Positions 1 to 11,300 of a stretch of 64,000 nt of DNA are shown in pieces (within the stretch, counting starts at the first letter, position 1; each line of letters begins with the position of its first letter). The DNA comes from Trichosphaerium sp. ATCC 40318 (Eukaryota; Protista; Tubulinea). The DNA lies in the NCBI GenBank assembly GCA_038496445.1, contig JALMLS010000310.1, forward strand, positions 1 through 64,000, written 5' to 3'. The translations under genes and the position numbers were made by a program. The notes beneath the pieces are model-generated. The model was not told the DNA's origin, did no database searches, and saw only the letters and a program-made list of their open reading frames with translations.

Positions 1-2574
1 TGTGCCACACGCTGTCATGGTAGTTGATTGCCTTTCGCCATAAATCCTACTAAGGCCAAAATCGCATACTTTTACTTTGTAGTTCTCATCAACAAGTAGA
101 TTGTGTCTACGCAGATATTACGAAAAAACACACGCGGCTTACGTTTTAAGATCTCGGTGTATAATTACAGGGTTTGAATTGTGCAAGTAGGCCATGCCTT
201 TAAATGTAAGTTGGATGGAGAAACCAAGTGGAATACCTCTAGCTGTGTCTATCATCATTCTCTTTTTAAATGCATTTCAAGAGAGAAAGTTTTATCGTGA
301 ATAATCCGATACAAACTACCCAAAGGCATAAACTCCATTACGATACCTATCAGACATAAACGAGGGAAAAATTAGCTGCACGTACAAATGTCGGGTGGAT
401 CTGTACAGGCGCCAAGAAATTGTAGTATATTAGGGTGACGAAGAGATCTAAGAAATATGGGTAAGAATACACACCGCAATAAAACGCACTTCATTATCAT
501 CGCTTCTCGAGAGAACTCACGAAAAAATTCTTCTGTCAATTTGTGCGCAGGTAACTTCTTTACAGCTACAATAGTTTTGCGCCATTCGCCTTTAAAAACT
601 TCTCCAAAACTTCCTTTACCTATGATGAAATGTTACATTAATAAATCAATAAACTGGTGTGCCTATTTTATGCAATAGCTTTATCTCAGTGCTGTTTATC
701 TGTTTTACAAAATTTGCGAACTCTGGGTATCGCGGATCGCTACTGGAGGAACCTACATAACAATTAACATTAACTAGTAAGAAAGCACCATTACCTGCTG
801 GAATAAAACTCTCTTGCTCAGCGCTGCCTTGGAATTGGGCATTGCGCTCTAAGCGCAACCTACACGCTTGCCACAACACTATTACACTGACAAACAGTAT
901 TATAGACACTAGTGTGATAAGCACAAAACGACAAGATGATCTCTGTACCTGTGACAATAATCCACACATAAATAGTAATGCCGCCACGTTTGACTTGAAA
1001 TTGTAGCGAATTCGAATACTGCTGGCCGTTGTTTGAAACATAAATCGGAATGCTTTTCTCTGTTATATTTAAGTTATCGCCCATAAAAATACAAATAATT
1101 CTCGTGCTATTCCTACATGTGTTGTGAGAGGAGAGATACAGAAAAAGCATGACGAAATTTTGGAAATGTACTAGTAAAAATCTGCGTACAATACTATTGT
1201 CTCTACTGAGTCACCATTTACGTAACAAACTGTCTCTAAAACGATGGTTTCGTTGTCTTGCGTAATATTACTTGAGAGAAAACCTGTTCCCCTAACTTTT
1301 TGTGAGCACCTAAATGCGGTCGAAAAATTAGCGATAGGTTTGCAACGTACGTAACAGTTATACGAAGTTCTTTGTTAGGATGCCCAGATGGAGGCGATAA
1401 AGATATAATTTGTGCTTCATCTACAAGATAAGAAGGTTAGTGATAACCTGAGCATCGATTTGTACCATAATACGCGAACTCAAAAGAGTAATTGTAGTCT
1501 GAAGCTTGAACCAAAAGTGGCACTATTGGTAGGTCTGCATCACCAATAGGGGCTTCGAACTTTGGAGTAACACAAGAAAATGTGTTCGCATTTACAAACG
1601 TTGCTATGCTTGGTTTGACTCCCGCAATGACACTAACTAAATGTAAGCACGTGCGTTTTAAGAATATATATACACCAATAGACGTAGTCTTCAACCCACT
1701 GCTTATCAAAGAACCTCCCATGTATGTACACTATAGTACCACCTTTTTTGGACCAGCGAGCGGCGTGGCACTTTCCAAGCAAGGCAAGGCTGTTTGAGAA
1801 AAAATTATTTTTTAAATTTCTTTGCTGACAATACGCACGTTGTAAATATGTCATATTCAACTGAACGCTCGAGATGCAGTAGTATGACAAGCATTCTTGT
1901 TGTGGGACATGAGATAGCGTCAACGTATTGTTTTCTCCCACTTTATAATCCAACCAGCCCTGTGGAGGCTGCTTGGTTGAAGAAATTACTGAAAAGGTGT
2001 TTGTGCAGCTCGCTAAGGATGTCAAAAATGTAATTAAAATATGGTACAAACAGTCATTAAATAGCGTCTGAGCGCAACAGCGCATGGTTTTAGAGTAAAA
2101 TAATACAAAAAAAAAAACGTTAGAAATTTCGTACAGCAATTACAGCCATGTCTGTATGGTAGAGGTGGTACGCCATAGTATATAAGTCCACCGCCAAGAA
2201 GGAAAATAACAGAAGCTGGACAACGTTCTGAGCATGAAAGTGCGCCATGAACTGTCGCATTTACCTATTAAAGTAAATACAAGCTTTTCTTTGTGTCATA
2301 CTTGAATTAATAGGTAACCCTGTTCCATTGGATCAATAAACGTTAATTGGCCGTCGAAATCGGGTATACACCCTGAATATGGCATCCACGTTTGATCAGA
2401 CTGGCATTGGCCTCTACTACATTCTGCTTCTTTAAGAGCGACCGGAATTGTCACTTGTCTTGTCTCTGTCTTACGGGTATCAGCACCACGTATGTTGTTT
2501 TGGGTATTACATGAAGGTAAAGTCTGCTGCGTTGAAAGTACTACAATAAGCAATATCAATGCCGCTAGGCGCAT
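1..2574 (-). CDS. Receptor-type tyrosine-kinase-like (TKL) protein kinase, multi-exon; 3' end runs off the window start
   Basis: Signal peptide MRLAALILLIVVLS; TM segment FVLITLVSIILFVSV. Kinase motifs IGKGSFGEVFKGEW..VAVKKL, LRHPNILQFLGAC, IHRDLK, NLLVDENYKVKVCDFGLSR, TMTACGT are spread over GT-AG exons. Confidence 0.92.
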
Positions 2575-2714
2575 AGAGAATGGCGTACTGCCGCTCTGTA
2601 TTCAAAAGGCTTGTTACTTAAAGTAGACAGTTTATTTAAGCTGTCGCGAAATCTTGCGATATTTATTAGGTAGGTGTCTGTCATACTTACAAAACCGTAA
2701 GTGCCTTCAAAGGC

Positions 2715-3523
2715 TTACCAAGGAAACGGGTATTGCCCGTCCAATGCCTGTTTTAAATAGCCTGGCCAACGAATTTTGCCTTTGTCTTTATCACACAAAT
2801 AGTTGAAGTACCGACCTTTTATCCGAAAGAAGAAGTGATGATTGTTTTCCTTTATGAATTGCATGTTGTTCAGAGGTATCTTTTCGCCCTTTGTCCCTAG
2901 ATAGATACTGAGACACTGTTAGAAGGAGATTTATGCTGTGTACCCCACCACCTGTATGTTGACACTTCAATGTTCTTCTTGTTAACCAGCACAATTCTGG
3001 ATACGAAGCGACACCCATAAACGTACCTACCTGTCAATAGAGTACCAGCGGCAAAGGCACAGCTACAAGTGTCAGTTGCACAATGTATAACAGGTTGCCT
3101 AGGGCGTACGCTAATGGAACTGTGACACGGTGGTAAGAGTTTCTATCAGTAAGCATCGCTCTGGCATACATATCCGCCGTGTTTGCTAGAAATAAAAGAG
3201 ATAGACCTGCTCCGACCTGTCGCGGCGTCAAAACGATAAAATAACGCGTTTGCATACAGTGAGTGTATTAAAGAAGGCAGATTGGTCAGTTTGAAATAAA
3301 ATGACGTCTTCGACCTTGTGTTGCGTTCTCTTTATTTTTTTGAGCGTCTACACAGGATTTAGACAATTTTGAGTGTAACTTTAGTTTACTTGTCTTGTTG
3401 AGTGGTAAAAACTACAATGCGTTAATATTCGAGTCAGTATAACTTCAAATACCTTCGTTGTAGCTTAATTCGTGATTGGCGTTGAATATTTGACACGCAG
3501 TGCGCGCTTACAAGGCCTATCAT
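2715..3523 (-). CDS. Small two-TM mitochondrial-type membrane protein (TMEM70/186/223-like), multi-exon
   Basis: Basic N-terminus, two hydrophobic segments, then FVSRIVLVNKKNIEVSTYRWWG...YFNYLCDKDKGKI. Spliced ORF ends at TAA 2715. Confidence 0.5.
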
Positions 3524-3637
3524 ATTAGACAAGCATCGTGCGACTACTTCAGTTGTCAATCTACACTACAAAATACGAATACAGTCGTGCTGTGTCAAAA
3601 TACTGTTTTACATTTTTATTGTTAATTACTGTACATT

Positions 3638-4171
3638 TTATAGGATCGCTTCTGTTGTAGTGCGAAATACGTCACTGGCCACACAGTATTGGTTTGAATT
3701 TGTGGAATCTTGTATCAATACAAAAGTTTGGCTGAATTGATGAACACCAGCGCCATACTCTACTACTCCACTAACGGCTACCATAACCTCGCCTAATGCC
3801 AAGTAAGCATTAATTTAAAAACCAACAGCGAGCTAGCAACCTGCTCTTATGGGTTGTGCGTCTATGGACTGGACTCTATGCTTAGAAGCTGGTAATTCTT
3901 TCCACCAATTGCTAATTTCGTTTAACCCGTGTAAACTCCTTCCATTCCAAACCACTACGCGACATTAGCGTAATCTACTCTTTAGACGCACCTGAAGTAG
4001 CTTCCTTGTAGATATTTATTAATTGCTACACCAGAATTAGTCTTGTAGTCTCCTTTGTTGTTGTACCGCTCTTTTGGCTGAATCAAAGTACTTGTAAAAG
4101 TAATCCAGGACGAAAGTCTCACCACGCCTTGCGTAGCTCGCTATATCTTCTGGTGACAGCACTCTCCTCAT
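3638..4171 (-). CDS. NXT1: NTF2-related export protein (NXT1/p15-like)
   Basis: Spliced translation GETFVLDYFY..WNGRSLHG..ISNWWKELPASKHRVQSIDAQPI..VMVAVSGVVEYG..FSQTFVL..YCVASDVFR is the NTF2/NXT signature. Confidence 0.8.
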
Positions 4172-4252
4172 TCCAAGCCGTTGTAACAGATGTGCCTTAT
4201 GATAGTTAAGCTACGAAGGTTTAAACCAAAGCTTTTGGTACAACGAACCACA

Positions 4253-5039
4253 ATGAGCACAGTATCTCCTTACGACATAAAGTATCTACTAAAAGAGGTT
4301 TGTAGTTGCTTTTTTGTTCCTTGTGCTTAGTACGCGTTACTAGGCTAAGATTCTCGGTGAATCAACTGGCGTACACATATGCTTGTTCGTAACGAGGGAA
4401 GGAAGAGTACGTATATCATGGCGCAGTGTAATTGCATTGTAACGTTTATAAGTTGCACTCCTATGTCACAAGGAAGTTTTTACCGCTAGTACAAGATTAT
4501 GCAAGTAAAGTTATGATTGCAAAACTATTAAAGTCTACCCTACGTGGCGGCTTGGTACAAGGTAGGTTTACTCGTATGCAGCATAATCCGACAGCGCTTA
4601 GATGCCACTGATCAACCAATACCGGAAGACGAAGAAGCAGTTGCAGAGTTTATCAAAGATAGAACAGCTAGGCTAGCGAAATTCCAAACTTCACTACAAG
4701 CAATTAAAACGCGAGTAAGTCATTTACTCGGCATCCGGTGGCATTTACTGTATCGTAGTTAACGCCAAGAATTAAACCAAGTCACCCAAATGGAGAAGAA
4801 GCATTATTGATTGTGGCTGCTCCAGGTGGTCAGATATTCAGGTAAGACAAATAAAGTATTTCGACGCCTTATAGTATTCCAGAGTGAGTTCTCCTGCTTT
4901 TGAACCTATGGTTGGCACACAGGAAGGTCAAAAGATGTTCCAAGCACTCCTATCAGCTCCCGATGATCACGAATACAAGCCTGCAATAACACCTAATCCA
5001 ATTGAACATCTACACAAGAACTTTGATAAGCCAATTTAA
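4253..5039 (+). CDS. Degenerate SRF/Mcm1-type MADS-box protein with two tandem MADS+SAM-like units
   Basis: 6 exons (4253-4297, 4344-4406, 4453-4561, 4602-~4714, ~4759-4841, 4883-5039). Unit 2 EFIKDRTARLAKF...ALLIVAAPGGQIFRVSSPAFEPMVGTQEGQKMFQALLSAPD aligns with Mcm1/SRF. Unit 1 is LLKEAKILGESTGVHICLFVTREGRLHSYVTRKFLPLV. Confidence 0.72.
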
Positions 5040-5150
5040 ATGGTACCTTGTACAATAAACCCAAATATTTTGTGTTATAAAATGGAGCCACAGTTTACAG
5101 AAGCTGTCGTTCAGAGTGAGAATGTAAACATACTTATTGAAACCTCACAT

Positions 5151-7383
5151 TTATTGAGATGGGATTGCACAAACATTTTCAACTTTCTCGATAAACTTGA
5201 TGTTCATAGTTTCGAGTTCATCCAAAATTGGATTGTACAATTCAGGAATTGTTGGGATTTGTAACCCAGTGAGCTTGATTTTACCTTCCAAAACAAGACG
5301 GACAGTAATAGCAACAGGCAAGGAAACCTAAAAAGGCAAAACGAATAAATATTTGGAAACAACGAAAAATCTAAGACATACAGTTCTGCTCATTGATGAG
5401 TCACCGTTCTTGATACCAAAGTCAATCAATTTGGAAGTAATGGTCTAAATTACAATTAACACTTGTGACAGCTGGTTCAAAACGTACATGGCGCTCGTTC
5501 TTTTCTGGATAATCAGCAGTGAAGGTATGCTTCATCAACAACATGTCACGTTCACCTTTGACAAATGTTAACAAATCACTGCTATTGGAATGACTGTACC
5601 TTCAGCATATCTCATTTTATCAATCATAATGTGACACAAAGCGTCCAAAATGGTGTCAATACCAGCAGGTATCTAAGAAAAAGTAAGATCTTTGAAAAAT
5701 CGAAGGTTCAGCAATCAAAGCTCCTCACTTTTTCGTCTTCGTACAAACCCAACCATGTCATGGCATCCTTGATGCTCTTTTCAGTTTCCTATAAATCACT
5801 AAATACAACATTCTACTAATAATAAAAATAATGATACGTACAGCATCCTTTGGTTTTACGGTACTACCAGATACAAGTTTTGTAGTAAGTTTATTGTATG
5901 TGGTACCAGACAAATCAGTCTTATCCAAAGAGAGGTACCCTTTTACGGTTTGTTAGTTAACAAATCAACAGTATGGAATGGTCTACTCTATCTTCGAGTT
6001 TCGAATTTACCTCCAACTACTATCTCGTGGCAAGTCAAAGGTGTTACTTGAAGAGAAAACCTCAACAATACAACACACAGGCCAGAGAACTCTCGCGGAG
6101 GATACAAACAAAGATTTTCGATTACAAAAGTAAAACGTCGAAAATCACGTGACAAAACTGTAAAACTTACCGATATCAGCGAACCTCTTCACAACAGCGC
6201 ACCACCCTATTGAATAAATCAATGGAGGAAGTATAAGAAGAACAGTACCTTTGTTACGGTATGTACCACGAATCATGGTCTTGCAGTCTTTAAGGCCGTA
6301 GATGTCTATGTATTTAGTGCTGTCGCGGTTAGGGTATACCTCGTATTCGCCCATATCACCGACGGATTCAACAGAGTAGCTATCAAACAAGTCTCCACCT
6401 CCAATAGTACATTTCTTACCATCTCTATTTCAGAATTAACATAGATTGATTGGTGTCGTTCGTACTTGAGGAAAGTAGCAGAGTTTCGGCTCGCCAAAAG
6501 TACACCGCGAGGTGCCCAAGAAAATTTGTATCCGAAAGGGTTGTTGTTGTCTTCTGGAGCTGGGAGACCGCCGCAGTAGCTGGTAAAGCCAGTAATCTGC
6601 CCTCCTTTGTCACAGAGTTGATGACGCGCATGGCACTAGAAGAGTGAGACGCGAAATAGGCGCATAAATTATAAAACGCAAAAAGATGTCAAAAACTCAG
6701 TGGGATTTTATAATCATAAGTCATTGGAAACCTGTGTTATTCTATCATCGCATTTTAGGGAAATTTGTGGAAAATACAGTTATAGTGCGAATTTTCAAGC
6801 GAATATAACGTTATACTATAGTGCGGCTATGACGAACCTCATGTGATCGGTACCAGGGTCTACACCACATTCATTAAGGAGAATAATGCCAGCATCTTTA
6901 GCTTGTTGCTCGAGCTCTTTCATAGCATCTGACACGTATGAAGTGGTGAAAAAATTGATTCTAAAAGAAGTTAGTACATATTAAAGTAGGAAAAAAGTTG
7001 TGACACGCGTCTAGCAGTTTTGTAGTTTGCGAACGCCAATAACGTAGAAACGTACTTGAATTCAATGGCGACTTTAGCGACAGCGACATGGTGGATGTAT
7101 GGCAATAAGGAGACAATAGCAGAAAATTTTGTCTAGGCAGTGTTAAACGTGATAACATTGCGCAGAAAGGTACCTCAGCTAGCAATTTAGCGAGTTTTTC
7201 CAAACCGTCTTTCTCTACGTCGATTTGTACTGCTTTAGTGTTCTTAATGCCTGCGATTAGTTTTTGAGCTTTTTCTAAGCCTCTAGAACCAACATAGACG
7301 CTATAGTCATTGTCGGACATATATTGTACGATTGGCTTTGTGACATAGCCAGCACCAAGAATGAGAACGTTTCCTTTGGACAT
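5151..7383 (-). CDS. LYS9: Saccharopine dehydrogenase (glutamate-forming, Lys9-like), multi-exon; one apparent frameshift near 6606
   Basis: [91 protein letters not shown]. Confidence 0.93.
6003..6104 (-). ncRNA. Candidate intronic H/ACA-type guide hairpin (snR191/U19-like target in LSU helix 69)
   Basis: Lies in the 231-nt intron 5940-6170. Lower stem CCTCC/GGAGG; pocket GAGAGT / TAGT complementary to ACUA-(U)G-ACUCUC; upper stem TCTC-TGGC/GCCA-GAGA; AAA box 14 nt downstream of the pocket top. Confidence 0.55.
6690..6758 (-). ncRNA. Weak candidate intronic box C/D snoRNA
   Basis: Lies in the ~200-nt LYS9 intron. ATGATA (C-like) ... ATGA (D') TTATGATT (C') ... CTGA (D), flanked by AAAAT/GTTTT. 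No target recognised. Confidence 0.25.
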
Positions 7384-7550
7384 CTTACTTCGTATTAAGA
7401 AAAAATGGTAACTGGAAGAGAAAGCGTTTGATTTATTTATTAATTTTATTTGGAACGTTTATGACAACACGCCACTCTACGAATAGTATGTGCACTACGC
7501 TATTCTGTTAAATATCTCAGTAGTGCAGGGTGTTTTTATTGTTTTTTCGC

Positions 7551-8272
7551 ATGACAACTATACAACTCAAAAGCGGTTGCGTTATTACAAGTTACGAGCA
7601 GTTCTTAACACAAAAAGAAGCCACGGAGCTGTTTAACGTGCTAGAAAAAAACCGAGTTGTACAATAGACTGGAGGCAAAAGAAGGTTCATGTTGGCGATC
7701 GAGAGGTGACTGAACCACGATTTACGGCTTTCTTGGGAGAACGAGATGGCTTAGACTACAAATACAGTGACACTGTAAATACATCGCAAAAGTGGCCTGC
7801 TGCGGTTGAAGAGGTGAAAGATAAGATAGAAAAGGTGACTGACCAATGTTTTAATGTGGTGTTGCTTAATTGGTACCAAAACGGGTCTCATCACGTTGGA
7901 TGGCATGCTGACGCTGAAGAGGATCTTGTAGAAGGTGCTGTTATAGCTTCCCTCTCGTTAGGTGCAACGCGTACGTTTCAGCTGCGACACCTTGATGACA
8001 GCCAAAAGGGCGCGTTAAAAACTCAAGCGCATACTAAAAGAAGGAAAGGTATTGCCTTGACGCCGCAAGAGACCGAAGTGCTGGATTACGCTCCTGGTGA
8101 AGATCCTGAAATGAATCGATCAATGCTTGTTTGTCACGGAGATTTGTTGATTATGGGTAATACTTTGCAGCGTTACTGGAGGCACCGTGTTCCTCGTGAA
8201 AAAGGTGATGTTGGTCCACGCATTTGTATGACTTTTAGGCTTGTCAAACAATCAAGTATAGATAGTAAGTAG
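7551..8272 (+). CDS. AlkB-family 2OG-Fe(II) DNA dioxygenase (ALKBH2/3-like); 1-nt frameshift in A-run at 7645-7651
   Basis: FNVVLLNWYQNGSHHVGWHADAE (HxD), IASLSLGATRTF, GDLLIM..WRHRVP, RICMTFR. Confidence 0.9.
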
Positions 8273-8737
8273 CGTAAATAAATTATTAAAGTGTGTAAAA
8301 TCAGAATTTTCTTCCCGGCCGCGTTGTGGTTTACTGGTTTGAAGTACATGGGATTTAAATATATACATACCTTTTGGGGAGTTTTTTTTTTTTTTGTTGG
8401 TGTAAAGGTGGCAAGAGGGGTGTTGGTGTGTGCTTGTTGTGGTGGTGGTGGGGAGGGGTAAAACGATTAAAAAAAAAAAATGTGCCCGGAGAACATCCAC
8501 GGTAAGGACATGCGATACCCCCGCTCGAAAAATCACAGAAATCACAGAAATTTGAGTTTTTTTGAAAAAATGTAAAAAATATGGGGAGTGCTTCACACAA
8601 GTGTCACGCCATTACAAAATCATGCAATGCCAAATTAAAGGTTTGTGCATGTAGGCTATGGTCATGGGCACACTGTAGAGGCAAAATAATATTTGTAGCA
8701 TGTTGTGTGTGGCATGTGCAATTGCAAAAAGTTGAGT

Positions 8738-8808
8738 TGCACCGGCCGGGATTTGAACCCGGGTCACATCCATGGCAAGGACATATGATACCCCTACACC
8801 ACCGGCGC
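8738..8808 (-). tRNA. tRNA-Gly (GCC)
   Basis: GCGCCGG-TG-GTGTAGGGGTATCAT-A-TGTCC-TTGCCAT-GGATG-TGAC-CCGGG-TTCAAAT-CCCGG-CCGGTGC-A folds as a 71-nt cloverleaf; T5 terminator 7 nt downstream. Confidence 0.93.
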
Positions 8809-8934
8809 TGTTATATATTTGTAAATATTTCACTTGTATCATCCTATAACGTCTGTATAGCGCAAATCAGCTTCTTTTTGGAACTTTTTTTCAGTTTTCG
8901 TCTCTTTTGAAATTTTTTCATTTTTTTATTTAGA

Positions 8935-10902
8935 AAAAGTATAAAATGTCCCAATTCTAGGTAAAATGTCCCCACTTTTCAATTTTAAAATGCCTCGCAG
9001 AAGTGCCGCAAAGGCTAAAAACATGGCAGAGGCCACAAAGGAAGTACTTCATAAACTAAAGAAGCGTAAACCTTCACAAACACTCTCAATTCGTCAAATT
9101 TGCATCACAGTGGCTAAAAAACACTGTGTTAAATCAGAATCACTACGAAAGCGTGTTCAGAGGGCATTTGCAAAGGAGAATTCGGAGAATTTCAAATCTC
9201 ATGGCAACCAACTTTTTACGGATTTTGAAGAAGAAATGTTGGTTGGCTACTGTTTGAGTTTTAGCGGGCGTCATATGCCTCTATCACGTGCAGCCTTGAT
9301 ATCTATGGCACAAAGTCTGTACAAGAAGAAGAAGTCGACCAGTATGGAAGCTTGGTGTGATGGCTTCACTGAAAGACACAATATTGAACTCAAAGCCACT
9401 GTTTCGAAGACAATTCGCCGCTGCCGTGTATCTCCTGTCACTCTGCCACGTGTAGAAGCTTGGTGTGATGGTTTTGAGCGATTCTCAGAGATGTATTATA
9501 TGAACCCAGATTTGATGTTCAATTGTGACGAAAAGTTGATAACAGCATCAAGTGACAAGTATCAACACATTACCTTTCAAGATAGAACGATGAAAATTGC
9601 TGGGCGGCTGAACAATAACACAAGCAGCCCTCTCACGTTGATTCCGTTTGTTTCAGCCTCTGGATGCGTACTGGTGTCAATTTATATAATGGCAGCAAAA
9701 AACAAAGGTGATGAACAAAAAGTGCATCAAATGACAGTACCCAGACCAACAAATACCCGCTCTTCATGGCCTAGATACTATATATTTCATGGTAAAGGGT
9801 ATGTGACCAACGAAATTTGGCCAAAAATTCTTGATGTGTTCTTAAAGCACTTGAAAATTTTTCAAGGGGACAGGGTTGCATTTTTATTCCTTGATAGATT
9901 GGCCAGCCACATTAAAACAGAATCGTTACAAAAATGCCTTGAACAGCATGTACACACTATCACATGGGTGCCTCATACCTCACATTTCACGCAACCCTTA
10001 GATGACAAGCCATTTGCTACCCTAGCTCAGGCATATAAATTAAACAGGAAAATTACAATTGAAAGTGGCACAGAGATCAAACATAAAACACGACGTTATG
10101 ACATAATGGCTGTTGCAGCTGCAGAGACCAAAGCACTGTCTCCCAAAATCTTAAAATCGGCATGGAAGTCCGTGGGTATTGTACCCTACAACAGAAAGTT
10201 GATCTTAAATCATGCTTCAAAAAATGTAGGGGTCCAACCTAAACAATCACCTTCCTTCATCACCGATACTTCTAAAAAAGCCAAAAACGCTATGGATGAG
10301 CTATACAGCCACAGCAATCAAGTAAATGCCCTAACAATCGGTCCAATGACAGTACCAAAAGGGGATGCTTATATTGCTACCCAAATGGTTGAATTAGCAA
10401 AAAAAAAAAAGATAGATAAAGAACAAGAAATTAAACACAAGGCAGAGCTAAGGCAACTCAAGAGAGATGCTAAACAAAAAAAAATTGAGGAGGAGAATGT
10501 TCATAGAGAGGAGACAAGACAGAAAAAAGAAAAAAAAAAACAGGAAAAAAAACTTGCTGCTGCTAAGAAGAAGTACAAAAATGAATGTGAGACCTGTCAG
10601 ATATGTGGCGAGCGCTTATGGAGGGGAGGATCTACGTGGGTGTGGTGTGAAGTCTGTGATCAGTATGGGTCATGCCCATGCTGCTTAAAAGAATTTGATG
10701 GAAAAAAAATGGTTGAAATGCACGAAGAAGAATGTACAGGAGGGCGATCTTTTGGTAACTGGTACTCAACGCAAATGGACACATCATGTTAAAATCAGAA
10801 TAAAAAAGTATTTTTTTTAAGAGCGTAGCATCAATTTTTTGTTCAAAAAAAGTGTTGAAAAGTGGGGACATTTTACCTGTGGTTGGGACATTTTATACTT
10901 TT
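8935..10902 (+). mobile_element. pogo/Fot1-like (Tc1/mariner superfamily) DNA transposon
   Basis: 48-bp inverted repeats 8935-8982 and 10855-10902 (44/48 identical), each with two TAAAATGTCCC motifs. TA dinucleotides lie 2-3 nt outside. The repeats enclose a single intact transposase ORF. Confidence 0.9.
8966..10792 (+). CDS. DDE_1 (pogo/Fot1) transposase, DD35D, with CENP-B-like HTH, Lys/Glu coiled coil and C-terminal Cys-rich (PHD-like) finger
   Basis: FNCDE (D1), LFLDRLASH (D2), PHTSHFTQPLD (D3; 35 aa spacing); C-terminal CQIC..WVWCEVC..CPCC. Intronless. The first ATG lies inside the TIR; ATG 8990 is the likelier start. Confidence 0.92.
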   Translation: MSPLFNFKMPRRSAAKAKNMAEATKEVLHKLKKRKPSQTLSIRQICITVAKKHCVKSESLRKRVQRAFAKENSENFKSHGNQLFTDFEEEMLVGYCLSFSGRHMPLSRAALISMAQSLYKKKKSTSMEAWCDGFTERHNIELKATVSKTIRRCRVSPVTLPRVEAWCDGFERFSEMYYMNPDLMFNCDEKLITASSDKYQHITFQDRTMKIAGRLNNNTSSPLTLIPFVSASGCVLVSIYIMAAKNKGDEQKVHQMTVPRPTNTRSSWPRYYIFHGKGYVTNEIWPKILDVFLKHLKIFQGDRVAFLFLDRLASHIKTESLQKCLEQHVHTITWVPHTSHFTQPLDDKPFATLAQAYKLNRKITIESGTEIKHKTRRYDIMAVAAAETKALSPKILKSAWKSVGIVPYNRKLILNHASKNVGVQPKQSPSFITDTSKKAKNAMDELYSHSNQVNALTIGPMTVPKGDAYIATQMVELAKKKKIDKEQEIKHKAELRQLKRDAKQKKIEEENVHREETRQKKEKKKQEKKLAAAKKKYKNECETCQICGERLWRGGSTWVWCEVCDQYGSCPCCLKEFDGKKMVEMHEEECTGGRSFGNWYSTQMDTSC

Positions 10903-10939
10903 CACTAATTTCTTTTTTTTCCATTTTTTGTACATCATT

Positions 10940-11300
10940 TGTGTAATAACCACCCCTTTGTCTTTTGTCATTATTCCACCCCCTTTTTTTTTTGAGACAA
11001 ACACCTCAATGCAATGTTTTTAAAATACTTTTTTTTTTTTTTTCTTGTTTTTTTGTTTTTGAATTCTCAGACCCCCCCTCCCCCACACGCTCGCTCTACA
11101 ACCAGTTTCAAAAAACAAATAAAAAAAAGCATGGTTGCCCACCACCTCTCTGACAACCAAGTGTGGTTTTTTTTTTTTTTGGAACACTTGATTGAACGAA
11201 ACAAAAACAAAAACCAACCCCACCATCACCACCTCCTCCTCTGACACCACCACCACCACCAACGAGCTTGTTGTGCAAAACGATAAAAAACCACACCAGT
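10940..11300. repeat. Low-complexity C/A-rich and homopolymer tract ((CCA)n, CCACCTC..TGACA repeats)
   Basis: Visible (CAC)n runs and long A/T runs. Mirrored by a (GGT)n/T-rich tract at ~8375-8480. Confidence 0.7.

Noticed and set aside
6003-6104. Lysine riboswitch in a lysine-pathway gene intron
   Set aside because: It is a single hairpin without the five-way junction; H/ACA pocket geometry explains it better.
10965-11296. Short ORFs in transposon flanks (also 8252-8910)
   Set aside because: These are translations of low-complexity sequence or overlap the tRNA.
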